A DNA stretch of 64,000 bases, taken from the sequence record PZ179882.1, one strand, 5' to 3'. The DNA is from a phage. The notes beneath the pieces are model-generated. The model saw only the letters and a program-made list of their open reading frames with translations. It had not been told where the DNA came from and made no database searches. Shown piece by piece: positions 51,376 to 61,396 of this stretch; the first letter of the stretch is position 1; each line of letters begins with the position of its first letter. A program made the translations under genes and the position numbers.

Positions 51376-52695
51376 TCATACATAAAACACATCATAACGA
51401 CCACGTGTTACACCAACATAAAGAAGCTGCTGAGCTAGTTCAACATCTGCATAATGAATACAAGGAGTATAAATGAATGCACGGTCTACAGACATACCCT
51501 GAGCTTTGTGGAATGTTGATGCAGGAAGTGCTTTCACTTTACTGAACTGTGATTTAGCATCCCAAAAATCACTCCATGGAGCTTTTCCACCTTTATTCCA
51601 ATTTTTGTACGTTTCTGCCGTTTTACCTAAAAATAGGTTAAACTTATACAGCTCTTCATCAGATGAAATTATTTTAATCTTTTCACGATAATATTCATCA
51701 TCGCCGTAAGTTTCTACTGTTAAATCCCAATGACGAATTAGATATTCTCCAGGAACACCACGAGCTTTAACAAATGTTGATGTATATTCTGCTTCTATAA
51801 TACGAACTAACTGTCCGTTATTAAAAATAATTTCTGACACAGGCTTTCCATCAATTTTATATGTTTTAATTAATGGTTCCTGCATTACAATAATTTCACC
51901 GACAATAAAATCTTTATCAGTTTCAAAAATCTTTTTACGAATAATGCTATTTAACTTATCAACAGATTTATTCGTAAATGCCATTACACGATTTTCAAAC
52001 AAATCATCTAGTGATTTTACGATTGAAAAATAATTTACCATAAAATCGCGTAAAGCGGTATCACCAGTAAATCCACGTACTCCATGTCCGTCAACAATTT
52101 TATCATAAATCCACTTACCGTTGCGAACATCAGTAGCTACATCAATAATAGGAGCATTACTGCGTTTAACTTCAGTGAGTTCACATTGATAAAAATCTTT
52201 GTGCGTAAAGAATGGACTGATATAAGCAGTGTTTTCTCCTGGGTCAACAGGTCTAATTTGCTTATTATCGCCTATTCCAATTATAGTACACCAAGGTGGA
52301 ATAGTTGAAAGCAGAATTTTAAATAGCTTTCTATCATACATTGATACTTCGTCGCAGATTAATACTCTGCATTTAGCTAAATCCGGTACTTCTTTTTGTT
52401 CAAAAAGAACGTTTTCTTCGTATGTTACTGGGTTAATTTTAAGAATACTGTGAATAGTACTCGCTTCTTTCCCTGATAGTTTTGAAAGAATCTTTTTAGC
52501 TGCATGTGTAGGAGCTGCTAAAATAATTCCAGTTTCGCCCGTAGATATTAAAGCTTCAATGATGAACTTAGTAAGAGTAGTCTTACCAGTACCAGCAGGT
52601 CCATTAATAGTTACATGGTGTTTCTTTTCTTTGATAGCCCTCATAACGATGTTAAAGGCATTTTTCTGGCCTTCGGTCAAATCATCAAATGTCAT
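51376..52695 (-). CDS. dda: Dda SF1B DNA helicase, 439 aa
   Basis: Walker A GPAGTGKTT; matches T4 Dda. Confidence 0.95.
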   Translation of the reverse strand: MTFDDLTEGQKNAFNIVMRAIKEKKHHVTINGPAGTGKTTLTKFIIEALISTGETGIILAAPTHAAKKILSKLSGKEASTIHSILKINPVTYEENVLFEQKEVPDLAKCRVLICDEVSMYDRKLFKILLSTIPPWCTIIGIGDNKQIRPVDPGENTAYISPFFTHKDFYQCELTEVKRSNAPIIDVATDVRNGKWIYDKIVDGHGVRGFTGDTALRDFMVNYFSIVKSLDDLFENRVMAFTNKSVDKLNSIIRKKIFETDKDFIVGEIIVMQEPLIKTYKIDGKPVSEIIFNNGQLVRIIEAEYTSTFVKARGVPGEYLIRHWDLTVETYGDDEYYREKIKIISSDEELYKFNLFLGKTAETYKNWNKGGKAPWSDFWDAKSQFSKVKALPASTFHKAQGMSVDRAFIYTPCIHYADVELAQQLLYVGVTRGRYDVFYV

Positions 52696-53003
52696 CGTAA
52701 ATTCCCTGCAATTGGTATACTAACAATACGCCCAGTATCTAAAATTCGCCGATATAATCTTTGTGTGTCTACATCAGGCTTAACGCGTTTAACTTCTATT
52801 TTATTAAACCAAAACTTGCGTGGAGTCTCAACTAATCTCGGAATTCCCATACCTAAAGCTAGTTGATACTGCTCTTTAAGAGTTGTAAATACTTTATCAG
52901 CAATCTCCCTTTCAAAAAATACAGCAGGACGATGTTCATCAAGAGGAACAGGCACCGCAAATCCATCTTTATCTCTATATACTATCGCATATACATAAAA
53001 CAT
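52692..53003 (-). CDS. hypothetical protein, 103 aa (dda.1 slot)
   Basis: Track ORF. Confidence 0.55.
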   Translation of the reverse strand: MFYVYAIVYRDKDGFAVPVPLDEHRPAVFFEREIADKVFTTLKEQYQLALGMGIPRLVETPRKFWFNKIEVKRVKPDVDTQRLYRRILDTGRIVSIPIAGNLR

Positions 53004-53004
53004 A

Positions 53005-53751
53005 TTATCCTCGGATAAGTTTAAAAATTGAACAATTTAGCGGGTATCCTCTTTTCAGTTTAAGTTTATCAATAAAAGACAAGTTTTGATACCGCTCTAC
53101 ACCTTGAATAATTTTATCACACATATCATATTGCATTTCTGCTTCTGACAACTTTTTCACGGTTTTCCAATCTGAGCCTTTAAGAAGAACGTTCAATTTA
53201 ACAACTTCAGCGCCTTCTGCTATACGAGAACCATCAATACGAGCTTTAAGTGCTATAATCGTTAGCTTAACGTCAGAAGTTTGTTTTGATTTAGAAAGCT
53301 GAGAAATATGCTCAATTCGGTTTTCACGTTTTTTCTGTATAGCTTTAATTTGATTAAAAGTCTTTTTGATTTTAGCCCATTTCTTTTCATCTAAATTTAG
53401 TTTATGAACTTTTTTCGCAGATGAACGACCAATTCGCAAAGCAAATAAATCACGCTTTTCAATCAACTCTTCTAAAGTATAATCAGAACGAAATGTATTA
53501 TACTTTTTCTTTACTGCAATAACATTCCCTTTAATGTATCCAACGTTATTGTCAAAACGTTCTAATGATAATTTCTCTCCTTCAATACGATTATCAAAAG
53601 GTTCTCCTGAGTAAGCGCAAACTTTCTGATCTAAAATGTTCTTAATGTAATTGAAGTCTAAGTTAAAATCTTTAGAACGTCTTTTAGCTGATGCCTGAGT
53701 GTGCTCTAAACGACGTGTAATTTTACGAATTTGATTTTTAGACAGTTTCAT
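53005..53751 (-). CDS. srd: Srd-like basic protein, 248 aa
   Basis: Lys/Arg-rich 248-aa ORF in the srd slot between dda.1 and modA. Confidence 0.55.
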   Translation of the reverse strand: MKLSKNQIRKITRRLEHTQASAKRRSKDFNLDFNYIKNILDQKVCAYSGEPFDNRIEGEKLSLERFDNNVGYIKGNVIAVKKKYNTFRSDYTLEELIEKRDLFALRIGRSSAKKVHKLNLDEKKWAKIKKTFNQIKAIQKKRENRIEHISQLSKSKQTSDVKLTIIALKARIDGSRIAEGAEVVKLNVLLKGSDWKTVKKLSEAEMQYDMCDKIIQGVERYQNLSFIDKLKLKRGYPLNCSIFKLIRG

Positions 53752-53867
53752 ATTTTTCTCACGGACGGGTTAACTACTTATACTATAACATTTTTACTTC
53801 AGCTTGTAAACAACTTTATGAAAAATGCTTTAAAACTTTCATGGTATAATGAATCTAAGTCCTTCCA

Positions 53868-54470
53868 TTATAGATTAAATCCTTCAAAATCAAGAGTATA
53901 GATAGTGTATGTTGAATACTTTTTATACTCGTATCTATCCGCAATTCTAAATACACTTCCAGCTGGTATCATTACTTCTTGTTCATCTGAAACTAATTCC
54001 ATATTACGATAACGATGGCTATCTGGAAACTTAAAACTCGGACTATATTCTTTACAACGTAGAGCTTTTATAGCATACTCCTGGAAATTAAATACCATAG
54101 GAGCTTTGAATTCAAAAATAACTTGTGTGTTGTATTCTAATCCAGAAGCAAAATGTAGAGCTATATTTTTATCATATGAAGCTGATACTACTTTATCAAA
54201 TGTAATAATATCAATTCCTTGATTTAACACTTGCTTAGTCTCAACTGGAACACCTCTCCAAAGAGGTTTATCGTTTGGAACCAAACGAGATTTGATTATT
54301 TCATTTAACCAAGAGTGGTCGTCTGGCTTATTAGTAATACAATGAATTAAAAGTTCAATTTCGGATAAATTAAATCCTTCAGAAAGTAATTCTTCACGAA
54401 TAGAAGCACGCACCGATGCATCCATTGATTTGATTTTAAAATCTTTTAATTGCATTGCTGAATATTTCAT
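53868..54470 (-). CDS. modA: ADP-ribosyltransferase ModA, 200 aa
   Basis: R…S…E ART signature (WRG, SAS, EQEVMIP); 200 aa. Confidence 0.85.
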   Translation of the reverse strand: MKYSAMQLKDFKIKSMDASVRASIREELLSEGFNLSEIELLIHCITNKPDDHSWLNEIIKSRLVPNDKPLWRGVPVETKQVLNQGIDIITFDKVVSASYDKNIALHFASGLEYNTQVIFEFKAPMVFNFQEYAIKALRCKEYSPSFKFPDSHRYRNMELVSDEQEVMIPAGSVFRIADRYEYKKYSTYTIYTLDFEGFNL

Positions 54471-55090
54471 TCAACTACCTCAATATCATACACTTTAAAT
54501 GTTCCAAATGAATCGTGTAATTTTTCTTTTGAAATAGAAGTTATTTTATACTTTCCAATTGGAATCATCCATTCTTGTTCACGCACAATCATCATTAAGT
54601 TATCAGTACGTTCTGAATCTAATCCATCAGTATCTTCATATGTATACTTAAACTCAGTGTTAGGAGAAGAAAGTATAATATCGCTAATATGGTCAGAATA
54701 ATTAAAAGCTTTATCAGTTTTTAAGCGAAATATTATTTCAGTGAAATACTCAACATAAGAAAAACCGCATGCTGTGTGCAAACTAGTAGTAAATGAATCT
54801 ACTCTGTTCGTTGAAAACACTTCTCCGACTTGTAAATCTTTAATGAGCTCTTTTGTCGATTTTGATATACCACGATATAACTGATAAGGTGATTCAGTTA
54901 AATGCTTTTTAATGATTTTATTCAACTGCCGATGAAGAGCTTCATTCTTTTTGGCTTCCATACATTGCCAAAGAATTGACTGTTCAAAGTCAGTAAATTT
55001 TTCACAGACCTTTTTATACATATCATATTGAAAATCAACGCTTTCAGCTTTTATAGATAACTGTTCAACATCTGCAAGATTAATAATCAT
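54467..55090 (-). CDS. modB: ADP-ribosyltransferase ModB, 207 aa
   Basis: Paralog of ModA (YRG, EQEWMIP); 207 aa. Confidence 0.85.
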   Translation of the reverse strand: MIINLADVEQLSIKAESVDFQYDMYKKVCEKFTDFEQSILWQCMEAKKNEALHRQLNKIIKKHLTESPYQLYRGISKSTKELIKDLQVGEVFSTNRVDSFTTSLHTACGFSYVEYFTEIIFRLKTDKAFNYSDHISDIILSSPNTEFKYTYEDTDGLDSERTDNLMMIVREQEWMIPIGKYKITSISKEKLHDSFGTFKVYDIEVVE

Positions 55091-55157
55091 GATAGCCTCC
55101 GTATACTTCAGAAGCTATCATATCATCGTTAGAAAGGAAAGTAAACAACTTTTTGAA

Positions 55158-55340
55158 TTATTTTGCCCAGGGAGCCCAAGGCGGAGGGTCAAGATGGTAT
55201 GAAGCTAGTTCTTCTAGAAGAGCATCTGGGGCTTCAATTCCATAATTCTGTAATACTATACGGTACTCTTTCTTATAATCACTAGAATCATTCTGGTTAT
55301 TCGTAGAATGATTATCTTCTAACATCTCAAATAAATCCAT
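55158..55340 (-). CDS. hypothetical protein, 60 aa
   Basis: Track ORF. Confidence 0.45.
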   Translation of the reverse strand: MDLFEMLEDNHSTNNQNDSSDYKKEYRIVLQNYGIEAPDALLEELASYHLDPPPWAPWAK

Positions 55341-55348
55341 ATTAATTC

Positions 55349-55831
55349 CTAGCGATAAAAACCAAAATAACGATTAGCTTCAATAATTTTTCTTTCTTCT
55401 TCGGACATTCTCCAGCGTAGTCCAACATCAAAATGAGCCCAGACCATCTTAACAAATGCATTTATATCTTTAATATCTTCAATAATGAATGTTTTACTTT
55501 TAGAAGGTTGACCTGCTAAATTAAGTGCTAATTTAACGTTATCATCTTCAAACAGGCTAAAAAGACCATATTCATGAGCTCTTTTATAGCCTTTGATAGT
55601 TAAAGCTTCAGAAGAAGAAAATGGTGAATCAGTATTCTGCAAAATATCTTCAGTATGCTTTATAATTAGAATAACATTTTCTGGATATTTTCTTTCTTTT
55701 ATATCTTTAATTAAAATATCCGGATTTTCTGCTAAAGGAATAATTAATGAGCACTTTTTATCAAGTGTATTTACTGATTTACCTTCTTTAGACATAAATT
55801 CTATTGAATAATGTTTTGCTACTTCAATCAT
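55349..55831 (-). CDS. hypothetical protein, 160 aa
   Basis: Track ORF. Confidence 0.55.
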   Translation of the reverse strand: MIEVAKHYSIEFMSKEGKSVNTLDKKCSLIIPLAENPDILIKDIKERKYPENVILIIKHTEDILQNTDSPFSSSEALTIKGYKRAHEYGLFSLFEDDNVKLALNLAGQPSKSKTFIIEDIKDINAFVKMVWAHFDVGLRWRMSEEERKIIEANRYFGFYR

Positions 55832-55984
55832 ATGATTTCCTCTTGCCTACTAATGGACCGTCAGGAATTTTGTTTTCCTGGATATATTTCTCATTTTCTT
55901 CCATCATTTTACTGCCAATTTTAAGAAGCAAATCCAATGCTTCATTTGCTTTAGCCTTAGCCTCTTCTAGCATCATATCTTTGT

Positions 55985-56188
55985 TCATGATTTATCCCCA
56001 TAGATGTCTCTCATCAATTTAAGCGCTGAGCGTTCTAATTTCTTTTCTTTCTCAACGCTAATCATTGATTTCATCCATTCTTCTGATTCGTTCTGCATTT
56101 CTTTATTTGCTTGTTCAACCCAACCATCATCAATGTACATTGAGTTTGGTCTACTGAACCATTCAAACATTTTCTTCAGAACTTTCAT
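55985..56188 (-). CDS. hypothetical protein, 67 aa
   Basis: Track ORF. Confidence 0.45.
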   Translation of the reverse strand: MKVLKKMFEWFSRPNSMYIDDGWVEQANKEMQNESEEWMKSMISVEKEKKLERSALKLMRDIYGDKS

Positions 56189-56660
56189 TTATTTTACCTA
56201 AAACAACAGTAGGAGCATCATCAAATTTATGAATTTTTAGCAAATTTGGATTTAAATTATTCCATAAAGAGGTAATAAAATATGATAGCGCATTTTTTTC
56301 CGTAATTATAAATTTATTTCCCTTATCTATTTTCCAGTCATATATTGAATCATATGAATATAATGGCAACGGTTTATTGTTATAATATGCTTCAGCAACA
56401 TCAATATAGTTAGATTTAGTAAATGCCTGAATTGACATAAATGGAGAATTTCGTACAGTTTCAATAATTCCGATCTTTTTAAGTTTTATTTCAACATCTT
56501 CTGGAACTGGCATTGAAATAAAATCTTCTACTAGATACATGTTATTATCATATCTTTTATCAATCATTACTGCTACTGTAATTGGAACGTCTTTAGCAAA
56601 CGACATACTATTACTGCTAATATACATTTCAAACAAAATCGCTTCCATAATTTTCCTCAA
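56163..56660 (-). CDS. hypothetical protein, 165 aa
   Basis: Track ORF. Confidence 0.55.
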   Translation of the reverse strand: MRKIMEAILFEMYISSNSMSFAKDVPITVAVMIDKRYDNNMYLVEDFISMPVPEDVEIKLKKIGIIETVRNSPFMSIQAFTKSNYIDVAEAYYNNKPLPLYSYDSIYDWKIDKGNKFIITEKNALSYFITSLWNNLNPNLLKIHKFDDAPTVVLGKINESSEENV

Positions 56661-56998
56661 TCACAAGATGTAGATGAACAACTAGAATCACAAGAACTTC
56701 CACATGAATCTCCCGCCCATACATGAACAGGAACATTAGTATCATATGAATCAGAACTAGACTGTGTATTCTGTGTGTTAGATGATGTAGTAGGTGTTGA
56801 CCAGCGCCAAGGATTTTTATAATATTCTTGGGCTTCTTCATAAGTCATAGTAACTGCTTCTACTGTTCCATCTCCCATATAAACATATTCAACTACAGTT
56901 AAAGGGAGGTAGTCATTTGAAATAGGAACTACACCTTCTCCGGGAGTTGTAGAGAAAAAATCCGTAAAGAAACTTTTAAACCAATTAAAGATAAACAT
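56657..56998 (-). CDS. hypothetical protein with Cys/Ser-rich C-terminal tail, 113 aa
   Basis: Ends …[18 protein letters not shown] encoded by imperfect TCTTGTGAT repeats. Confidence 0.5.
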   Translation of the reverse strand: MFIFNWFKSFFTDFFSTTPGEGVVPISNDYLPLTVVEYVYMGDGTVEAVTMTYEEAQEYYKNPWRWSTPTTSSNTQNTQSSSDSYDTNVPVHVWAGDSCGSSCDSSCSSTSCD

Positions 56999-57204
56999 TA
57001 CAAAAAGCCTCTTTTGAATTCAACTTGCTTCTCGCCATAATCATAACGAATCTCTGCATTAAATTCGACAGAACCATCTGCGTACATCATAAATGAATGC
57101 ACAACAACTTCTGTAGACCATGGCTGTAGTTCATATTTCTTCATTACATACCGTGAAATGATAATATCTAAATCTTCATTTGGTTTAATCCAGCGATTTA
57201 ACAT
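56998..57204 (-). CDS. hypothetical protein, 68 aa
   Basis: Track ORF. Confidence 0.5.
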   Translation of the reverse strand: MLNRWIKPNEDLDIIISRYVMKKYELQPWSTEVVVHSFMMYADGSVEFNAEIRYDYGEKQVEFKRGFL

Positions 57205-57270
57205 AGTGCTCTCCTCTATAAGATAATTCTATTATACCATACTCATTGTGGAAAGTAAACCGGTAAAATG

Positions 57271-57298
57271 AAAAAAGGACTCCCGAAGGAGTCCTTTA
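57271..57298 (-). terminator. intrinsic terminator after soc (GGACTCC-TTCG-GGAGTCC + T6)
   Basis: Identical 26-nt sequence to the terminator at 4313..4340. Confidence 0.65.
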
Positions 57299-57302
57299 AT
57301 TA

Positions 57303-57539
57303 TTAACCATCTATTGCTGTAGGTGTGAACATTGCAGCATTCTTAGTTTTCCAATCAGCTGCATCAGAAACTACAGTAGAATATGCTGCCTTTTCTGACG
57401 GAAAGATTTGATAATGAGAATCTGCGATACGATGCTCGTTAGAATAAATTTCAAACGGAACAGAAACTTCCATACCTTTAACTTCTTTGCCTTCACCCGC
57501 TGGATGAGTAAAGGTCTTGATATTAACGAAACCACCCAT
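57303..57539 (-). CDS. soc: small outer capsid protein Soc homolog, 78 aa
   Basis: …VNIKTF…FPSEKAAYSTV… shared with T4 Soc; otherwise diverged. Confidence 0.8.
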   Translation of the reverse strand: MGGFVNIKTFTHPAGEGKEVKGMEVSVPFEIYSNEHRIADSHYQIFPSEKAAYSTVVSDAADWKTKNAAMFTPTAIDG

Positions 57540-57570
57540 AATAAACTCCTTTATTGTTTAATTACAGGTG

Positions 57571-57578
57571 TATTTATA
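57571..57578 (-). promoter_or_regulatory. late promoter TATAAATA upstream of soc
   Basis: Minus-strand TATAAATA ~30 nt before soc ATG, followed by AGGAG SD. Confidence 0.5.
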
Positions 57579-57747
57579 TCAATCTTCAATGAAAACTTGT
57601 GCTAGGAATTCGTGTTCATCATGATTTGTTTATATAAAGCCATTATAGCATTTATATTAGAGCTATCTACTTTAAGTTGATAAGCATACCACTCGTGTAA
57701 ATTAATTAAAGCTTTTTGACGTCTAATAAGTTCTTCTTTGGATATTT

Positions 57748-57951
57748 TCATTTTGAATGCTCTATAATTAATTTTAAGGCTTCTTCACTGACAAAAATTT
57801 CATCAGGACCTTCTTCTACAACCCAATCAACCACACGAAGCTGATTAGATAAGAGCTCACATACGAGCTCTTTGTCATAATTTTTAAATAGCTGGTCAAT
57901 ACGTTTCTTACGGGCTTTCTTAAGCTGGCGTTTATTTAAACGAGTCATCAA
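57748..57951 (-). CDS. hypothetical basic protein, 67 aa
   Basis: Track ORF; ATGA overlap with gene 56 stop. Confidence 0.5.
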   Translation of the reverse strand: MMTRLNKRQLKKARKKRIDQLFKNYDKELVCELLSNQLRVVDWVVEEGPDEIFVSEEALKLIIEHSK

Positions 57952-58466
57952 TAACCTCGGTCTTGACGAGCGAAGTTTTCAGCATTTTTCAGATAATAAA
58001 GTTTAAAGATTTCTTCAGCCGTAAGACCGAGACCTTGGAACATATTAAGAACGAAATGAAGAATATCAATCATTTCAAATTTAATTTCCAACTGGTCTTG
58101 TGGAGACAAATCAGTAATTAGAGTTTCACGGCGTTCACCGTGTTGAGCTTTCCAAGGCTTCCATACAGCAGATGCATCTTTTTCACCATTGCTCATACCG
58201 CCAAGAGATGTCAGAAGTTCACGGAATTCATCGTCAATATAATCTTTCTGATTACGTAGCCAATCAACAACTTCACCTGCAGTAGCCAAATCATCAGGAT
58301 GACGGTTATATTCAGGTTTATCTTTAGCTAAACGAACCTGTAAAGATTTCTGCATATCAAGCATAACCTGCAGCGGGTCTTTTTCATCACCGAGAATATC
58401 CCAGTATTCGTTTTGAGCTTTATCAGCGCCTTCAATCAGTTGTGAACATTCATTAAAGTAAGCCAT
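57948..58466 (-). CDS. 56: dCTP pyrophosphatase (dCTPase-dUTPase) gp56, 172 aa
   Basis: MAYFNECSQLIEGADKAQNEYWDILGDEKDPL… MazG-like; start at Met 32 of track ORF. Confidence 0.85.
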   Translation of the reverse strand: MAYFNECSQLIEGADKAQNEYWDILGDEKDPLQVMLDMQKSLQVRLAKDKPEYNRHPDDLATAGEVVDWLRNQKDYIDDEFRELLTSLGGMSNGEKDASAVWKPWKAQHGERRETLITDLSPQDQLEIKFEMIDILHFVLNMFQGLGLTAEEIFKLYYLKNAENFARQDRGY

Positions 58467-58537
58467 TATTTTTCCTTTCAATTCATGGATTAGTAGATTA
58501 ATTATACAATAAATATATAAAGCAATAAGGAGGACAT

Positions 58538-58738
58538 ATGGTACAAAAATTAATGGCACTTGTTAATGCCATCAAAGGTAATAAGAAACGTATAGCTTTT
58601 ACTATTTCTGCTATGGTAGGAATTTTACTCTGGAACTTTATTTTATCACCAATTGCAATTGCGCATGGTGTTAATATTCCAGTAGTTACTCTTGATACAT
58701 TCGTAGATCTAGCATTTGCTTTAGTTGGGTTAATTTAA
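58538..58738 (+). CDS. small membrane protein, 66 aa, on the opposite strand to its neighbours
   Basis: Strong SD AAGGAGG 4 nt before ATG; hydrophobic TM segment; stop overlaps gene 61 stop convergently. Confidence 0.5.
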   Translation: MVQKLMALVNAIKGNKKRIAFTISAMVGILLWNFILSPIAIAHGVNIPVVTLDTFVDLAFALVGLI

Positions 58739-59763
58739 ATCTTGGCATATTTAGATAACCGCATTTTAGCCATTAACCCCTGGGCAATATTATTTTTCAT
58801 ATATTCCATAATTTGTTCAGGGGTTGCACCTTCCTTTCTAATCATATCATTAACATCTTTTGATTTCCAGGGAGATTTATCCCAAAACATAACCCTTTCT
58901 CCTGCATCAACTAATTTAGTCATTCGCTTGATAGTGTCAGGGTGACGAGGTTCATTATCTAAAACCCACACTCGTCTATCTTTAAATGGAACAACTTCTA
59001 GGTCTAATTGACCACCCGTAATAGCTATACCATTTTCAATAAAAAGTGAATCTATAGGTCCTTCTAGAACATATACATCGCCATCTTTAACTCGTTCGAC
59101 TCCATATATTTTTGTTGCCTCAGGATAAGCTTTGATGGTGATATATTTTTGAGGAGCATCTTTCTTTAATGCGCGTCCTTGAAAAGACTCAGCTTTTCCA
59201 TTAGCATTATAAATTGGAATAACAAGACGAGGCTCAGGTATTTCCTTTTTATATGTTCCTGGTGCTATGCTATTAACTAATTTAGGCCATTCAGTTGTAA
59301 ACCAAAGATATTTCCATTTATCCTTTGGAATGCAGCGAGCTTTTACGTATTTTATAATTGGATGGTCTTCCGCCAGTTTATCTAATCTAATGCATGACGG
59401 AAGAGATTTAATTATTTTCTTCTCAGGTTGTTTAGGAAGTTCTTTAGGTTTTTCTACTGGACGACTTTTACCTTTTTCTTTTCTTATTTCAAAGATATAC
59501 TCACGATATAAATCAGGTTCAAACTCCTTTAAATATATTCCTATTGGTGCATGATAGTTACAGTTATAACAGTGAATATTTCCTTCATTATTATCACCAT
59601 AATACCATCCACGGGCTTTATTTTGGTCGGTTTTTGAATCTCCACAAACAGGACATCTAAACCGTAATTTAAAAGTTGAACTATTATTTACTTGTGCGAA
59701 TTTAGGTAAATGAGCTAGCGCACGATATGCAAACTCATTATCAATCCAAGGTATTGATGACAT
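58735..59763 (-). CDS. 61: DNA primase gp61, 342 aa
   Basis: Zinc ribbon CPVCGDSK…HCYNCNYH and TOPRIM region; matches T4 gp61. Confidence 0.95.
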   Translation of the reverse strand: MSSIPWIDNEFAYRALAHLPKFAQVNNSSTFKLRFRCPVCGDSKTDQNKARGWYYGDNNEGNIHCYNCNYHAPIGIYLKEFEPDLYREYIFEIRKEKGKSRPVEKPKELPKQPEKKIIKSLPSCIRLDKLAEDHPIIKYVKARCIPKDKWKYLWFTTEWPKLVNSIAPGTYKKEIPEPRLVIPIYNANGKAESFQGRALKKDAPQKYITIKAYPEATKIYGVERVKDGDVYVLEGPIDSLFIENGIAITGGQLDLEVVPFKDRRVWVLDNEPRHPDTIKRMTKLVDAGERVMFWDKSPWKSKDVNDMIRKEGATPEQIMEYMKNNIAQGLMAKMRLSKYAKI

Positions 59764-59765
59764 TT

Positions 59766-59930
59766 TTACTCTTCTTTTTCTTTAGATTCCTCTTTTTTCT
59801 TTTTAGGAATCTGTTCAGGACCTTTATTTACTACAGCGCCTGACGTTGTTCCAGTGGAGATATTTTCAGGATTACCACCTGAATCTCCAGCTACCATATC
59901 TTCTTTAATAAATTCTTTATATGTTTTCAT
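59766..59930 (-). CDS. small hydrophilic Lys/Glu-rich protein, 54 aa
   Basis: AGAGG SD 5 nt before ATG; start abuts upstream stop, stop 2 nt before gene 61 ATG. Confidence 0.4.
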   Translation of the reverse strand: MKTYKEFIKEDMVAGDSGGNPENISTGTTSGAVVNKGPEQIPKKKKEESKEKEE

Positions 59931-59931
59931 A

Positions 59932-60288
59932 TTAACCTCTATTCATAAAAGCATTAAAAATTTGGTCATCAATCGATGGAATAGCAACCTTTTCGGCATC
60001 ATTTAGCAAATCATTAATTTCATCAGATAGCATAACGCATGTACCTTTATTTCCTGTAATTGTTACTGCGCAATTACGAACGTTTTCTTTATCAAATTTT
60101 AGGTTAATATTTTCGTAGTGAAAATCCTTTAATGCCGAATATATCTTTAAAATGAAATTGTCTTTTACTACAATAAAACCGACTTCACTGTTAAAACGCG
60201 GCTCATGAAAACTGTAATAAACCTTTTCATCTATAAAATCGTATGAAATTTTTTCCATTTTTAAATATGGAAATTCAGAACTATACAT
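59932..60288 (-). CDS. hypothetical protein, 118 aa
   Basis: Track ORF. Confidence 0.55.
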   Translation of the reverse strand: MYSSEFPYLKMEKISYDFIDEKVYYSFHEPRFNSEVGFIVVKDNFILKIYSALKDFHYENINLKFDKENVRNCAVTITGNKGTCVMLSDEINDLLNDAEKVAIPSIDDQIFNAFMNRG

Positions 60289-60300
60289 ATTAACCTCTAA

Positions 60301-60594
60301 TTATTCACCTACCACTTCAGCGATGATATTTTTATTATTGAAGTTTTTATCACAATACAGAACGTAATTATACTGCATTACACCACCAGACTTAAGCTGT
60401 TTTTGTACTTCAGCTTTCATTTCAGGGCGATCACGCTCAACGATATTCATAATATCTGCTTCAATCTGAGTTTCAACCTCAGTCTGATCTGCGGTCATAG
60501 ACCATTCACACAAATCTTTATCATAACCTGCCATAGCAGGCTGAGCAGCACAAGAAGCCAAAGCAAAAATTGCAGCAAAAACAAATTTTTTCAT
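60301..60594 (-). CDS. sp: Spackle periplasmic protein (superinfection exclusion / lysozyme inhibitor), 97 aa
   Basis: Cleavable signal peptide MKKFVFAAIFALASCAAQPAMA; 97 aa as T4 Sp; position between 61 and dmd. Confidence 0.75.
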   Translation of the reverse strand: MKKFVFAAIFALASCAAQPAMAGYDKDLCEWSMTADQTEVETQIEADIMNIVERDRPEMKAEVQKQLKSGGVMQYNYVLYCDKNFNNKNIIAEVVGE

Positions 60595-60651
60595 GATAAT
60601 CTCCTCAGTAGTTTATGTTTATATAATATCTCAATTTCCAACAAAAGTAAA

Positions 60652-60906
60652 CTATTTTATTTCCTCAAGTTCGTTAATCAATAAAAGTTCTCTGACGCTA
60701 AAAACAAAGAAAAATGTGTTCCCATCAACCAGAGCATGACCGCTAATAGAACACCCTCTGCGGAATTTAGAAACTTCACAATCTAGAACTGTAAAGGGTT
60801 TTAATCCTATGACTTTAGCTGTGCGTCTATTCAGTTCACAACCACTTGCGAATTTTTCCAAATCTTCTTCTGATTTAAACTGATATTCTCTATTAACTAG
60901 CATCAT
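60652..60906 (-). CDS. hypothetical protein, 84 aa
   Basis: Track ORF. Confidence 0.5.
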   Translation of the reverse strand: MMLVNREYQFKSEEDLEKFASGCELNRRTAKVIGLKPFTVLDCEVSKFRRGCSISGHALVDGNTFFFVFSVRELLLINELEEIK

Positions 60907-60969
60907 TTTCTTTTCTCCGCGATTAGCTGATAGAATTACTATAACACAACTCTATCAGCTTGTAAACTA

Positions 60970-61254
60970 CTATTTTACTAGCATCAATAACTGTTTCTCT
61001 AACTTGACGATTTTACGAAAGTATCTTTTGCATTGGCGAATCTGTCGCTTCGTAGGGCGCACAGCAAACTTAATAAATTCCACTCGACCAAATGGAGGAC
61101 TTTCTTCTGCTGGAATATCTAACACCAATTCCCACGTATCTGCAACAAGTGCTTTGAATTGAGTATTTTTCCTGACATTATACGGAGTAGGTTTAAATAA
61201 AACAATATGCATATTATCCTCGGCAATCCACTTCACATACTTTCTTGTCATCAA
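60970..61254 (-). CDS. hypothetical basic protein, up to 94 aa (start possibly Met 15 at 61212)
   Basis: Track ORF; 5' end overlaps dmd unless internal start used. Confidence 0.45.
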   Translation of the reverse strand: MMTRKYVKWIAEDNMHIVLFKPTPYNVRKNTQFKALVADTWELVLDIPAEESPPFGRVEFIKFAVRPTKRQIRQCKRYFRKIVKLEKQLLMLVK

Positions 61255-61396
61255 TGAAAGCTTTAACTAATGCTTTATTAACTTCAGCATATTGAGTAGT
61301 AGCCCATTGAACGTCATCTTTCATCATTGTGATTTCTTTAGTAAACATGCTTTCATTCTTAAACCACCCCATAAAAACTACCTTTACCAATTCCAT
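61214..61396 (-). CDS. dmd: Dmd antitoxin (inhibitor of host RnlA/LsoA RNases), 60 aa
   Basis: MELVKVVFMGWFKNESMFTKEITMMKDDVQW… 60 aa immediately downstream of gene 41 as in T4. Confidence 0.85.
   Translation of the reverse strand: MELVKVVFMGWFKNESMFTKEITMMKDDVQWATTQYAEVNKALVKAFIDDKKVCEVDCRG

Noticed and set aside
56629-56841. His-rich 70-aa ORF overlapping the Cys/Ser-rich gene in another frame
   Set aside because: Out-of-frame overlap with a better-supported ORF; His-rich low-complexity translation typical of alternate-frame reading.
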